Below are positions 20,440-29,768 of a stretch of 64,000 nt of DNA, piece after piece (position 1 is the first letter of the stretch; every line of letters begins with the position of its first letter). A program made the position numbers and the translations under genes. The notes beneath the pieces were generated by a model. The model ran no database searches. It was not told where the DNA came from and saw only the letters and a list, made by a program, of their open reading frames with translations. The DNA lies in contig CAZUDM010000010.1 of assembly GCA_964618635.1 (NCBI GenBank), positions 24,279-88,278 of the forward strand. The letters run 5' to 3'. Origin of the DNA: an uncultured Spirochaetia bacterium. Lineage in GTDB: Bacteria; Desulfobacterota_D; UBA1144; Nemesobacterales; UBA2774.

Positions 20440-22361
20440 ATGTTCTGCTTGAACTCTACCGAGCAGACCGTGCCGTCCTTTATCATGTCCCCTGGCGGAG
20501 GCGTCTGTCCGGTCACGAACCCGCTTCCGTTGACCTTCACCTTTACCCCCTGCTCCTCCGACCACTTGAGTATGTCCCTGACGCTCTTACCGCTGAGGTC
20601 CGGCATTATTTTCGTCCCCGCTATGTTCCTGCTCGGGGAAACGCCCATGTGAAAGAGAACCTTTTCCGCTATCTGCTTGAATATCGGCGCTGCGACGGAA
20701 CCGCCGTGGGTGAGCTTCTTAGGGGCCTCGACTACTACTACCATTGTCAGCTTCGGGTCGTCCGACGGGGCAAACCCTATGAACGATGCAATGTACCTGT
20801 CTGAATAATACCCGCCGTTCACGGGGTCGGGTATCTGGGCGGTCCCGGTCTTCCCGGCGACTTTATACCCCGGTATGGCCGCCCTCTTGCCGGTCCCTTC
20901 CTCGACAACCCTTTCCATAATGCGCGTAACCTCGGCGGCGGTGTCGTACGAAAGAACCCTGCCCACGACCTCGGGCTCGTTTTGCCTTATAACAGTGCCG
21001 TCGGGGCCCGTTATCTTTTTAACGAGGTGCGGCTTCATGAGATACCCGCCGTTCGCTATGGCGGAGAGCGCCGAAGCGAGCTGGAGGGAAGTTACCGAAA
21101 CGCCCTGCCCGAATGAAATCGTCGCGAGCTCGATCTTGCCCCAGTGTTTCGGGTTGTAGAGCAGGCCGCCCGATTCGCCGGGGAGGTCTATGCCGGTTTT
21201 GTCGCCGAAGCCGAATTTTTTAAGATATCTGTAGTAGCTCTCCTTCCCCAGGAGCTCGCCTATCTTAGACGCTCCTATGTTGCTCGACACCCTGACGACG
21301 TCCGCGAGCGTCAGCGTGCCGTATGGCTTAACATCTTTTATAGTTCTCCCGCCGATCTTTCGCCTGCCGTTTTCGCAGTAAAACTGGGTCTCGGGGGTCG
21401 CCTTTCCTTCCTGAAGAGCCGCCGCCGCGAGAAACACCTTCATCGTCGAGCCTGGCTCGTACGTATACCAGATGGGCAGGTTTCTTCTGTTTTCGAGCGG
21501 GTATTTCCGATACTCGTTAGGGTCGAGGAAGGGATACGACGCCATCGCCAGCACTTCGCCGGTTTCGGGGTTGAGCACTATGGCCATCCCCTTCTCCCCG
21601 TTCATCTGCTCGATGCCTTCCTTGAGCTCCCTTTCGACTATGTGCTGTATCTGGGCGTCTATCGTCAGTACTATTTCGTGGCCGGAGATTTTTTCCTCGC
21701 CGAAATCCTCTACTATATCGGGGTTGTTTACTATCTTCCTTCCGAGGGCGTCTTTCTTGAGCGTTATCTTGCCCGGCTTTCCTATGAGAAGGTTGTCGTA
21801 GCGGTATTCGATTCCCTCGATGCCCGTGGAGTCTATGTTCGTGAACCCGAGCACCTGGCCCATGAGATGGCCGTTCGGATAAACCCTTTTGGGCTCTTCT
21901 ACGAAACCCACGCCTTCGAGCTTCATGGCTTCGAGCTCGGACGTGATTTCCGGCTCGACGAGCCTCTTCAGCCACACGAAGGACGCCTTCGACGAGAGCT
22001 TGTCCCGGGTCGTTTTATCGGCCATGTCGAGCTTGGCGGATAAGGTCTTCGAGAGCTCAGCCGGGTCCTTCACGGCGTAGGGATTCGCGAAAACGGATTT
22101 GATTTCGACGTTGACGGCGAGGTCCTTATTATTCCTGTCGAGAATCTTGCCCCTTCTGGGAAGGAGCGTCGAGCTTCCCTGGTGCTGCTTTCTGGCCAGC
22201 TGGAAAGCACGGTCCCTGTCGAGCACCTGGAGATCGAGCGCCTTTACGGCGACCATCGTAAAGAGAAGGATGACGAATCCCGCGAGGATGGTGACCTTCC
22301 ACTTCGGCCTTTCGAGATCCTTTCCAAGTGAAATCCTCTTGGTGCTCTTTTTCGGTCTCAT
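20436..22361 (-). CDS. ftsI: Peptidoglycan D,D-transpeptidase FtsI (PBP3).
   Basis: N-terminal TM, dimerisation domain, and transpeptidase motifs STMK, SSN and KTGT. Confidence 0.92.
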   Translation of the reverse strand: MRPKKSTKRISLGKDLERPKWKVTILAGFVILLFTMVAVKALDLQVLDRDRAFQLARKQHQGSSTLLPRRGKILDRNNKDLAVNVEIKSVFANPYAVKDPAELSKTLSAKLDMADKTTRDKLSSKASFVWLKRLVEPEITSELEAMKLEGVGFVEEPKRVYPNGHLMGQVLGFTNIDSTGIEGIEYRYDNLLIGKPGKITLKKDALGRKIVNNPDIVEDFGEEKISGHEIVLTIDAQIQHIVERELKEGIEQMNGEKGMAIVLNPETGEVLAMASYPFLDPNEYRKYPLENRRNLPIWYTYEPGSTMKVFLAAAALQEGKATPETQFYCENGRRKIGGRTIKDVKPYGTLTLADVVRVSSNIGASKIGELLGKESYYRYLKKFGFGDKTGIDLPGESGGLLYNPKHWGKIELATISFGQGVSVTSLQLASALSAIANGGYLMKPHLVKKITGPDGTVIRQNEPEVVGRVLSYDTAAEVTRIMERVVEEGTGKRAAIPGYKVAGKTGTAQIPDPVNGGYYSDRYIASFIGFAPSDDPKLTMVVVVEAPKKLTHGGSVAAPIFKQIAEKVLFHMGVSPSRNIAGTKIMPDLSGKSVRDILKWSEEQGVKVKVNGSGFVTGQTPPPGDMIKDGTVCSVEFKQNI

Positions 22362-22717
22362 TCCACTCCGCTCACGACAGTTTTATCTTCCATAAGGACT
22401 TTATTGTCATTTATGTAGATAGTGTCTTCCTGCGTCGGGTATTTGAATCCGAGCTCGAGGGCTACGGCTTCGAGCTTGTCCGGCGACTTCGCCATCATGA
22501 GCTCCGACTGGAGAATCCTCTTTTCGCGGAGGAGCTCGTTCGCCGCCTTGTTATTGCGCGATATGTCGTAGCCGATCCTGAGCCCCTCGACCTTGAACCT
22601 CACGTAAAAGAGGGACAGGGCTACGACTATCAGAATAATTATGATGTGCCACGTCGATACCGCGGGCCTGTCCGACTTTACTTTTTCTCTCGATGTAAGC
22701 GCCTTTGCGTGACCCAT
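22358..22717 (-). CDS. ftsL: Cell division protein FtsL.
   Basis: 119 aa with a single TM and coiled coil, between rsmH and ftsI. Overlaps ftsI by 4 nt. Confidence 0.8.
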   Translation of the reverse strand: MGHAKALTSREKVKSDRPAVSTWHIIIILIVVALSLFYVRFKVEGLRIGYDISRNNKAANELLREKRILQSELMMAKSPDKLEAVALELGFKYPTQEDTIYINDNKVLMEDKTVVSGVE

Positions 22718-22719
22718 GA

Positions 22720-23679
22720 TTATATTTTCTCTCCCACCCTCATCTTGGCGCTTCGCGCCCTGGGGTTACTGGCAATTTCCTCTTCGCCGGGCTGCAGCGG
22801 CGAGCGGGTGAGTATCTCGAGCATCTTTTTCTTCCCGCATCCGCATACCGGAAGCCCCGGCGGGCATATGCATGGTGACGAAAGCCCCTGAAAGAAGTTC
22901 TTGACTATCCTGTCCTCGAGCGAGTGGAAGGATATTACGACCAGCCTTCCGCCGGACTTGAGGGCGTTTATGGCCTTCTGAAGAAATTCGTTTATATTTT
23001 CGAGCTCGTTGTTTACGGCTATTCTAAGCGCCTGGAAGGTCCTCGTTGCCGGATGTGTCCTCGGCGGATGGAACTTCACGGGAATCGCCTGCGATACGAG
23101 CTCGGCAAGCTCGGAGGACGTTTTTATAGGGCTCGTCTTTCTCTTCTCGACGATTCTCCTCGCTATCTTCGGGGCCCACTTCTCCTCGCCGTACATCCTG
23201 AGCACCCTCGATATCTCGTCCGCTCCCATTTCATTTATCAGGTCGTATGCGGTGAACCGGAGCCGCGGGTCCATTCTCATATCGAGCGGCTCGTCCCTCA
23301 TGAAGCTGAACCCCCTTTCGCTCGAATCGAGCTGATAGGAAGACATGCCGAGGTCGGCGACAATGCCGTCGACCTCCTTTATTTCGAGGCCTTCGAGCAC
23401 TTTATCTATGTTTGAAAAATTGCTGTTCTTGAAAATTACGTGGCCGTTGTATTTGGAGAGCGCTTCGCGGGCGAGAGACATCGCTTCCTCGTCGACGTCG
23501 AGTCCTATCACGAGGGACTTGCAGCCCGTGGCTTCGAGTATGGATTTGGTATGGCCGCCGAGCCCCAGCGTCGCGTCGACGTATATGCCCTCGGGGCGCG
23601 TTACGAGGTATCTCGTAACCTCTTCGGCCATCACGGGGACGTGAACGGGCCCTTCCATCTCCACGGCTGCGCTTTCCAT
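22720..23679 (-). CDS. rsmH: 16S rRNA (cytosine1402-N4)-methyltransferase RsmH (MraW).
   Basis: SAM-binding DATLGLGGHT and a C-terminal ...EEEIASNPRARSAKMR signature. The probable start is MESAAVEM, 5 nt after the mraZ stop. Confidence 0.9.
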   Translation of the reverse strand: MESAAVEMEGPVHVPVMAEEVTRYLVTRPEGIYVDATLGLGGHTKSILEATGCKSLVIGLDVDEEAMSLAREALSKYNGHVIFKNSNFSNIDKVLEGLEIKEVDGIVADLGMSSYQLDSSERGFSFMRDEPLDMRMDPRLRFTAYDLINEMGADEISRVLRMYGEEKWAPKIARRIVEKRKTSPIKTSSELAELVSQAIPVKFHPPRTHPATRTFQALRIAVNNELENINEFLQKAINALKSGGRLVVISFHSLEDRIVKNFFQGLSSPCICPPGLPVCGCGKKKMLEILTRSPLQPGEEEIASNPRARSAKMRVGEKI

Positions 23680-23683
23680 GTCG

Positions 23684-24130
23684 CTATAGTCCTTGTCCCG
23701 CAAGTATGTCCCTGCTCTTTTTGAATTCGTCATAAGCACGCGCCTGCTCCTCTTCCTCCCACACCTCTCGGGCCCATATCTCTATTCGGGTCAGCATACC
23801 TATCATGATCAGCTCTTTGTCGATACGTGCATGGTTTCTGAGCGACTGCGGAATGAGAACACGGCCCTGACCGTCGAGAGGGCAGTCGACCGCGCCGCCC
23901 ATGAGGTACCTCAGAAAGGAGATCACCTCCTGTTTGAACTGAGGCAGCTCGGAAACCCTTCGCTCGATTTCGTTCCACTCCTTCAGCGGATAAGCGACCA
24001 GGCATTTGTCGAAATTGGTGATGACGAACGTCTCTTCACCGTATTTCTCGCGGCATATTTCACGGAACTTGGCGGGGATGCTCACGCGTCCCTTATCCGT
24101 CATTGTGTGCTCGTATCGGCCTCGAAACAT
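23684..24130 (-). CDS. mraZ: Transcriptional regulator MraZ.
   Basis: Two MraZ/SpoVT-AbrB repeats, each with a DxKGR-like motif (MTDKGRVSIP / LDGQGRVLIP). Confidence 0.92.
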   Translation of the reverse strand: MFRGRYEHTMTDKGRVSIPAKFREICREKYGEETFVITNFDKCLVAYPLKEWNEIERRVSELPQFKQEVISFLRYLMGGAVDCPLDGQGRVLIPQSLRNHARIDKELIMIGMLTRIEIWAREVWEEEEQARAYDEFKKSRDILAGQGL

Positions 24131-24135
24131 ATCAT

Positions 24136-24170
24136 ACCATTTTATGCCACTTTATACCACTTAAAACCAC
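24136..24170 (-). promoter_or_regulatory. Putative MraZ operator. Four direct repeats (GTGGT / GTGGT / GTGGC / ATGGT on the minus strand) with exact 10-bp periodicity, immediately upstream of mraZ.
   Basis: The plus strand reads ccat-tttatg-ccac-tttata-ccac-ttaaaa-ccac. Spacing matches the known MraZ-box architecture (GTGG/TGGG direct repeats every 10 bp). Confidence 0.65.
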
Positions 24171-24207
24171 TATATAAAAATATGTTAAGTTTGTCAAGTA
24201 AGTTTGT
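24169..24207 (-). promoter_or_regulatory. Putative sigma-70 type Pmra promoter: TTGACA, 17 nt, TATAGT on the minus strand, overlapping the first MraZ box.
   Basis: The reverse complement of 24169..24207 reads TTGACAaacttaacatatttttaTATAGT. Confidence 0.5.
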
Positions 24208-24497
24208 GATATCTAATAATTTTTTATGAATATTGTCTCCGTAGCGGAAAAATCCTGCCCTGCAGAGACGGGGATAATAATGAATTCCGATGGACTACGC
24301 AATATAAGCTTTAAAAGTGTATCGCAACAGTCTTATATTACTGAATATAATATTCTTAAATTTAGGCTTGGGGAACGTAGCTCATGCCACTTTCTGCCAC
24401 ACCGCTCCAGGGAGCGGGGAATCGAAACCCTGCGGAAACCGGAAAAAATAATAAAACTTGGATATAATCTACTAGAATTTAACAGGCGACATAACCT

Positions 24498-24755
24498 ATG
24501 CCGACCATATTCATCAGGCTGAAAAACAACAGCGAAACCGTTTATTTTCAATCGATAATGGGCACTTACGCCCACATCGCATGGGTGAGGACGGAAAATC
24601 CCGCCTCCGGCGTTATGCACGTCATCCATACGCCCGACCTTGCCGGAGAAACGAGGGCCATTCTCGACAAGCTGAAAAGGGAGCTGGAATTCGAAGAAGT
24701 CATGGAAAACGGACAGACGATCTCAAACCCGGGCGCAGGCGGGGATGAAGGATAA
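24498..24755 (+). CDS. Hypothetical small protein (85 aa) overlapping the murJ start by 11 nt.
   Basis: ORF only. Its position and overlap suggest coupling with murJ. No recognisable domain. Confidence 0.35.
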   Translation: MPTIFIRLKNNSETVYFQSIMGTYAHIAWVRTENPASGVMHVIHTPDLAGETRAILDKLKRELEFEEVMENGQTISNPGAGGDEG

Positions 24756-26322
24756 GAGGGCATTCGCCCGCTCGGCCGGGCTCATAGGGTCTCTGACTTT
24801 CCTGAGCCGTATAACCGGATACGCAAGGGACATGGTGATGGCCTATTTCTTCGGGGCGACGGCCTTCACCGACGCCTTCTGGATAGCCTTCAGGATACCG
24901 AACCTCCTCCGGAGGCTCTTCGCCGAGGGCTCGCTCACGATCTCTTTCATCCCGGTATTCACCGACACGCTCGAAAACAAGTCGAGGGAGGAGGCCAAAA
25001 AGGTCTCTGACGTCGTTTTCACGATACTGATTATCTCGGTATCGATCATCTCCGTCCTCGGCATCATATTTTCCCCGTATATAGTCAAGCTCTTCGCATA
25101 TGGCTTCGACGAGCCGACGTTCGAGCTCGCCGTAGGCCTCAACAGAATAATGTTCCCCTACATCTTCTTCATATCCCTGACTGCGCTCGCAATGGGTGTG
25201 CTGAACTCACTCAGGAACTTTTTCGCCCCGGCCTTCTCGCCCATCCTGCTTAACCTCGCGATGATAGGGACGATATTTTTCCTGTATAACAGGTACGAGC
25301 TGCCGATATATGCAGCGGCCGTGGGAGTGCTAATAGGCGGAGCGCTCCAGCTCGCAATACAGTTGCCGTACCTCAAGGCGAAAGGATTCCTGTTCAGCTT
25401 CAGCACGAATTTCAGAAACCCGGCTGTTAAGCGAATAGGGCTTCTCATCGTGCCCCAGCTTTTCGGCATGGCCGTTTACAACCTGAATCTCCTCGTAAGC
25501 TCGCAGTACGCGTCATTCATGCAGGAGGGCACAGTGTCGTATCTCTATTTCGCCGAGAGGCTGATAGAATTCCCGCTCGGCATAATAGCCGTTTCGATTG
25601 CGACAGTGCTGCTGCCCAGCCTTTCGAGTTACGTCAGCAAGGGCGATTATGATAAGTTCCACGAGACGTACACGTTCACGCTCCGGCTCATGCTGTTCGT
25701 GCTCATTCCGGCGCTGGCAGGGCTCATCGCCCTAAGCATTCCCATATGCAGCGTACTTTACCTCAGGGGCGAGTTCACTTACGAGGCGGCGGTATTCACG
25801 TCCCAGACGCTCGTCGGCTACTGCTTCGGGCTCTGGGCCGTCGGTGGGTTAAGGGTTACAGCACCCGCCTTTTACGCGATGCAGGATACGAAGACCCCCG
25901 TCGTAGTCGCGTTCTTCGCTTTCCTTCTCAATGCCGCGCTCGGGTACGTGCTCGGGTTCACGCTCGACCTCAGCCACACGGGCCTCGCCCTCGCGAACTC
26001 GGCGTCCTCGATATTCAACTTCCTCCTCCTGATTTACCTTTTGGAGAGAAGGACAGGGGAGCTCAGGGCCGGGCCTATAATAAAATTCGCGATGCTGGTG
26101 ACAGCCATCTCGGCCCTTGCCGGGGCTGCCGCGTGGAAGATATCGACTTACGCCGACTGGGCCGCCCCCGCGCTCACTTTAGAAAAGGTGCTCGTGCTCA
26201 TTGCTTCCATGGCGGCGGCTGTGCTGATATACGTCCTCCTGGCAAAGGCTTTCAAAATAGACGAGTCTCGCTACGTTTTCGCCATACTGAAAAGAAGAAG
26301 ACCCACTATCAACAATAGTTAA
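24745..26322 (+). CDS. murJ: Lipid II flippase MurJ (MviN).
   Basis: MOP/MVF-family polytopic membrane protein. The N-terminus matches MurJ (RITGYARDMVMAYFFGA...AFRIPNLLRRLFAEG). Confidence 0.9.
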   Translation: MKDKRAFARSAGLIGSLTFLSRITGYARDMVMAYFFGATAFTDAFWIAFRIPNLLRRLFAEGSLTISFIPVFTDTLENKSREEAKKVSDVVFTILIISVSIISVLGIIFSPYIVKLFAYGFDEPTFELAVGLNRIMFPYIFFISLTALAMGVLNSLRNFFAPAFSPILLNLAMIGTIFFLYNRYELPIYAAAVGVLIGGALQLAIQLPYLKAKGFLFSFSTNFRNPAVKRIGLLIVPQLFGMAVYNLNLLVSSQYASFMQEGTVSYLYFAERLIEFPLGIIAVSIATVLLPSLSSYVSKGDYDKFHETYTFTLRLMLFVLIPALAGLIALSIPICSVLYLRGEFTYEAAVFTSQTLVGYCFGLWAVGGLRVTAPAFYAMQDTKTPVVVAFFAFLLNAALGYVLGFTLDLSHTGLALANSASSIFNFLLLIYLLERRTGELRAGPIIKFAMLVTAISALAGAAAWKISTYADWAAPALTLEKVLVLIASMAAAVLIYVLLAKAFKIDESRYVFAILKRRRPTINNS

Positions 26323-26356
26323 CCGCCTGCGCGCCGGTAATACATGAGCCGTGCAC

Positions 26357-28270
26357 CTAACGCGTGGCGCAGAAGCCGAAATTCACGGTGCCGCGCGCCT
26401 TCACGATATTGTTCCACGACACCCCTCCTGCCGTTATCCGGTTCCCGTTCTGCGTATAAACGGCGTTCCAGATATTTCTCATCGTGCCGTCTATAGGGAA
26501 TGTCACGAGCCAGTCGACGTCCGTCGCGCCGGAGTTCCTGACCGTTACCTCGGCGCAGTATCCCGTGCCCCAGTCGTCGTTAATGCGTACCGTCGTCGTG
26601 AGCCCTCCTCCCGGGGCAGGCGTCGGTGAGGGAGTAGGGGTCGGCGCCGGTGTTGGAACGGGCGTCGGGGTTGGAGTGGGCCTTGGCGTTGGCACAGGTG
26701 TTGGGACCGGAGTAGGCATCGGTGTCGGAACAGGCGTGGGGACGGGCGTAGGCGCTGCCGTCGGCGCCGGTGTCGGGGACGGACCCGTCCTGTCGGCGCA
26801 AAAGCCGAATTCAACGGCCTGTGACGGGTTTACGATATTATTCCACGAAACCCCTTCGGCGGTGACTGTGCTCCCGGATTGGCTGTACACCGCGTTCCAG
26901 AGGTCCCGCACCCTGCCCTCGATATCGAACGTGACGAGCCAGTCGACCGCCTGAACGCCGTCGTTCCTGACCGTCACCCTGGCGCAGTATCCCGTGCCCC
27001 AGTCGTCGTTGATGCTGACATCGACTTCCACCCCGCCGCCGGGCTGCTCGTTGCGCTCGTCGTCATCCTGCACCGAAGAGCACCCCGGGTCGGCCGGATA
27101 GTCGGTAAGCCCGTCGCCGTCGTTGTCCGTGCCGTCTGAGCACTCGGGCTCGCCGGGCGGATTCCCGGTCGAGCCGTCCATCAGCTGTGAAAGAAGATCG
27201 ACCTTATCCTGCCATACGCTCCTCCAGTCGTCCTGAAGGACGCCGCCCGTGTCTGTGCTGTTAGGGTTCCACGACCAGTAAAAGAAATCGGTCATGCCCT
27301 TCTCCTTCATATAATCCACGATTGCGTCGTGCCACGCCTTATCCCTCGGGTCGCCCCCGTGGCCGTACCTCCCGCCGAACTCGCCGATGATGACGGCATA
27401 GCCGAGGTCCTTCAAATAGCCGAAGTGCATGTCCCAGATGTCGGACATGTTGGCCGGGAAATTCGGGGCGTCAAAATAGGGCTGCATGTAGACGTCCGGG
27501 CCATAGACGTGCGGACTCAGCACGAGCTTGTCCGCCGGGATGTCGAGCGGATAACAGCCGGCGGGCTCTAAATTCCCGCCCCACCAGTGGCTCGTCTGAC
27601 TGCTGCACGTGGGATTGTCCTGTATGCCCTGGACGAATATGAGAAGGCCGGGATTTACGTCGAGCACCGCCCGCGCAGCCTTTTCCGCGGCGAGCTTCCA
27701 GTCCGTCGCCGGATTGCCGGTGCCCCACGTCGCCGGGCCGTGCGGCTCGTTTTTTATATCGATGCCGACGAAATAGTCTAATCCCTCGTACCTCTCGGCC
27801 ACGAAGACGAGGTCCGCTATCCAGTCCTCCTCCGAATAGCCGGACCAGTACCAGAGCTCGTTTATGGAGGCGCAGTCGTAGTTGTGGAAATCGAGCAATA
27901 TATAGAGCCCCTGCCTGTCGAGCTCGTTTAATACACGGTCGAGTATGTCGAGCGAGCGGAGCCCGGAGAGGTCGGGGTTAAGGGCGTAGTTTATGCTGGA
28001 TACGCCTGTATTATCGAGCGTCGCCGGGCAGAAAGGCACCCTGACGGCCGTGAATCCGAGGTCCTTTATCTGGGTTATCATGTCCTTCCAGTTCCGTGCC
28101 CAGAGCCCGTGAGCCACGTGATCGCCGGTCTCGAATCCGAACCAGCTTACGCCGTATAGATTGACCTTTTCTCCCTCTTCGTCGTAGACGCTCCCGTCGT
28201 CGACGTTATAAGCGAGGGAAGTTCCGGAGACCAGGAAAATTATCGAAAATATAACCAGTGCGGAGCGCAT
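26357..28270 (-). CDS. Secreted glycoside hydrolase family 5 endoglucanase (cellulase) with a TSP3-like Asp-rich Ca-binding motif, a Pro/Thr linker and two tandem CBM2-like carbohydrate-binding modules.
   Basis: Signal peptide, GH5 catalytic acid NEP (IKNEPHG) and nucleophile region GEFG. The motif [21 protein letters not shown], a (PTPxPT)n linker and two roughly 65 percent identical ~82-aa modules carrying CBM2 W/WNA/WNN/FGF residues. Confidence 0.8.
   Translation of the reverse strand: MRSALVIFSIIFLVSGTSLAYNVDDGSVYDEEGEKVNLYGVSWFGFETGDHVAHGLWARNWKDMITQIKDLGFTAVRVPFCPATLDNTGVSSINYALNPDLSGLRSLDILDRVLNELDRQGLYILLDFHNYDCASINELWYWSGYSEEDWIADLVFVAERYEGLDYFVGIDIKNEPHGPATWGTGNPATDWKLAAEKAARAVLDVNPGLLIFVQGIQDNPTCSSQTSHWWGGNLEPAGCYPLDIPADKLVLSPHVYGPDVYMQPYFDAPNFPANMSDIWDMHFGYLKDLGYAVIIGEFGGRYGHGGDPRDKAWHDAIVDYMKEKGMTDFFYWSWNPNSTDTGGVLQDDWRSVWQDKVDLLSQLMDGSTGNPPGEPECSDGTDNDGDGLTDYPADPGCSSVQDDDERNEQPGGGVEVDVSINDDWGTGYCARVTVRNDGVQAVDWLVTFDIEGRVRDLWNAVYSQSGSTVTAEGVSWNNIVNPSQAVEFGFCADRTGPSPTPAPTAAPTPVPTPVPTPMPTPVPTPVPTPRPTPTPTPVPTPAPTPTPSPTPAPGGGLTTTVRINDDWGTGYCAEVTVRNSGATDVDWLVTFPIDGTMRNIWNAVYTQNGNRITAGGVSWNNIVKARGTVNFGFCATR
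26610..26800. repeat. Low-complexity nucleotide repeat encoding the Pro/Thr (PTPVPTP) linker of the GH5 enzyme. It is flanked by duplicated CBM2-coding segments (about 26360..26610 and 26800..27055).
   Basis: Reiterated ggcgtcgggg/ggtgtcggaa-type units visible on the plus strand. Confidence 0.7.
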
Positions 28271-28513
28271 CGATGAACGTCCTCCTCTAAGCGTATATGA
28301 GCATTAATTGCAATATGGAATGTCTATATATAAAGAATTATAACCACGATAATTCCGGGCGGGGGATTTCGCGGACCCTGCGGGATACGCTCACACCCTG
28401 CCGGGCGCAAAGACCTAACATAAAATATGAAGCTGGTTCGGTTATCCGGTAGACGAGAGCAGCGTCCGCTCCCTTGACTCGGATTTCCTTTATAAAGTAA
28501 TATCGGAATAATC

Positions 28514-29236
28514 ATGGCCGGAGAAAAGCAGCCGCAGGAAGACCTTCAGATATTCGCCGACAAGTACGAGAAGGTTCTAGCCGACGATCCTTCTTCGGTC
28601 GCCTTCATATTCCTCGCGCAGGTACTCTACAAGCAGGGGAAGGTGGACAAGGCCATAAATGTATTAATAAACGGATTGAGATATAATAAGAAAAGCGTTA
28701 CGGGGAGATTCCTTCTCGGCAAGATTTACTACGACAGGTGGATGATAGACCAGGCCCGGAAGGAGTTTAAAACCGTCGTCGAGCTCGCCCCCGATAACCT
28801 CGCGGCCGCAAGAATGCTCGTCGAGATATACAGCAGCGAAGAATCCTTCGGGAAAGCGGTAGAGGTGCTGAAGACGGCGCAGATGTATCATCCGCACGAC
28901 GAGGCCATCGCCGCCGACATTCGGGGGTTCGAAGAACGCCTCGGCCGGAAAGGCGAAAAAGAGGCCGAATTCCGCGCCGCCAGGGAGAAAATACAATCCT
29001 CACTCGGCAACAAGAGCGACGCTGAGCTTGCGGCGGGCCTTAAAAGCGGCGACGGAGAGATCGAGACCCTGACCATGGCCGGTCTCTACATAGACCAGGG
29101 CCTTCTCGATAAGGCCTGCGAGGTGCTGGAGAAGATACTGGAAAAGGAGCCGGGGAACAGGCGCGTCAAGGAAAAGCTCGAAGAAACGAGGCTCCTCCTC
29201 ATAAACAAGACAGCGGGATTTACCGCAAAGGAATGA
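28514..29236 (+). CDS. Tetratricopeptide (TPR) repeat protein.
   Basis: Several 34-aa TPR-like helical repeats ([19 protein letters not shown]..., [19 protein letters not shown]...). Confidence 0.65.
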   Translation: MAGEKQPQEDLQIFADKYEKVLADDPSSVAFIFLAQVLYKQGKVDKAINVLINGLRYNKKSVTGRFLLGKIYYDRWMIDQARKEFKTVVELAPDNLAAARMLVEIYSSEESFGKAVEVLKTAQMYHPHDEAIAADIRGFEERLGRKGEKEAEFRAAREKIQSSLGNKSDAELAAGLKSGDGEIETLTMAGLYIDQGLLDKACEVLEKILEKEPGNRRVKEKLEETRLLLINKTAGFTAKE

Positions 29237-29240
29237 ACGG

Positions 29241-29693
29241 ATGAAGCAGAGAATACTTGTCATACACGGACCCAACCTCAACATGCTCGGAAAGCGCGAG
29301 CCCGAAATTTACGGCTCTCTGACGCTCGGCGACATAAACGAAAAGCTCGGCCGCGAGGCTAAAGAGCTCGGCGTGGAAGTCGAGTTCTTTCAATCGAACT
29401 CCGAGGGCGAAATCGTAGGACGCATACAGGGCGCGATGGGCTCCGCGGAAGGCATACTGATCAACCCCGGGGGCTACACGCATACGAGCGTCGCGATAAG
29501 AGACGCGATACTTTCGACGGGGCTCCCTGTCGTCGAAGCACACATATCGAACATCTACAAGAGAGAAGATTTCCGTCAGAAGTCTTACGTTTCCGGTGTC
29601 GCACTGGGAGTAGTGTCGGGGTTCGGCGCGGAAAGCTATTCCCTCGGCCTCAGGGGACTGGTACATTATCTTAACGAGAAGGCGGGAAGCTGA
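29241..29693 (+). CDS. aroQ: 3-dehydroquinate dehydratase, type II (AroQ).
   Basis: [21 protein letters not shown] and the HISNI active-site signature. Confidence 0.9.
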   Translation: MKQRILVIHGPNLNMLGKREPEIYGSLTLGDINEKLGREAKELGVEVEFFQSNSEGEIVGRIQGAMGSAEGILINPGGYTHTSVAIRDAILSTGLPVVEAHISNIYKREDFRQKSYVSGVALGVVSGFGAESYSLGLRGLVHYLNEKAGS

Positions 29694-29768
29694 CGTCGTC
29701 CCGCACCTTGCCGCGTATTTTCACCTTCGGTTACAATAATCTCAAACCGCCTTTGCTTTATCAGTGAG

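Noticed and set aside
24370-24446. A GC-rich tRNA-like island (GGGGAACGTAGCTCA ... GGGGAATCGAAACCC) in the AT-rich mraZ-murJ intergenic region.
   Set aside because: It has a D-arm-like GTAGCTCA and a T-arm-like GGGGAATCGAAACCCTG, but no complementary 3' acceptor strand, no 7-nt anticodon loop and no CCA-compatible end. At most it is a tRNA remnant or a structured hairpin (CCGCTCC-AGG-GGAGCGG), not a functional tRNA.
24226-24522. A 98-aa ORF in the AT-rich mraZ-murJ intergenic region.
   Set aside because: Very AT-rich relative to the genome. It overlaps the promoter/operator region and the tRNA-like island, with no RBS or motif.
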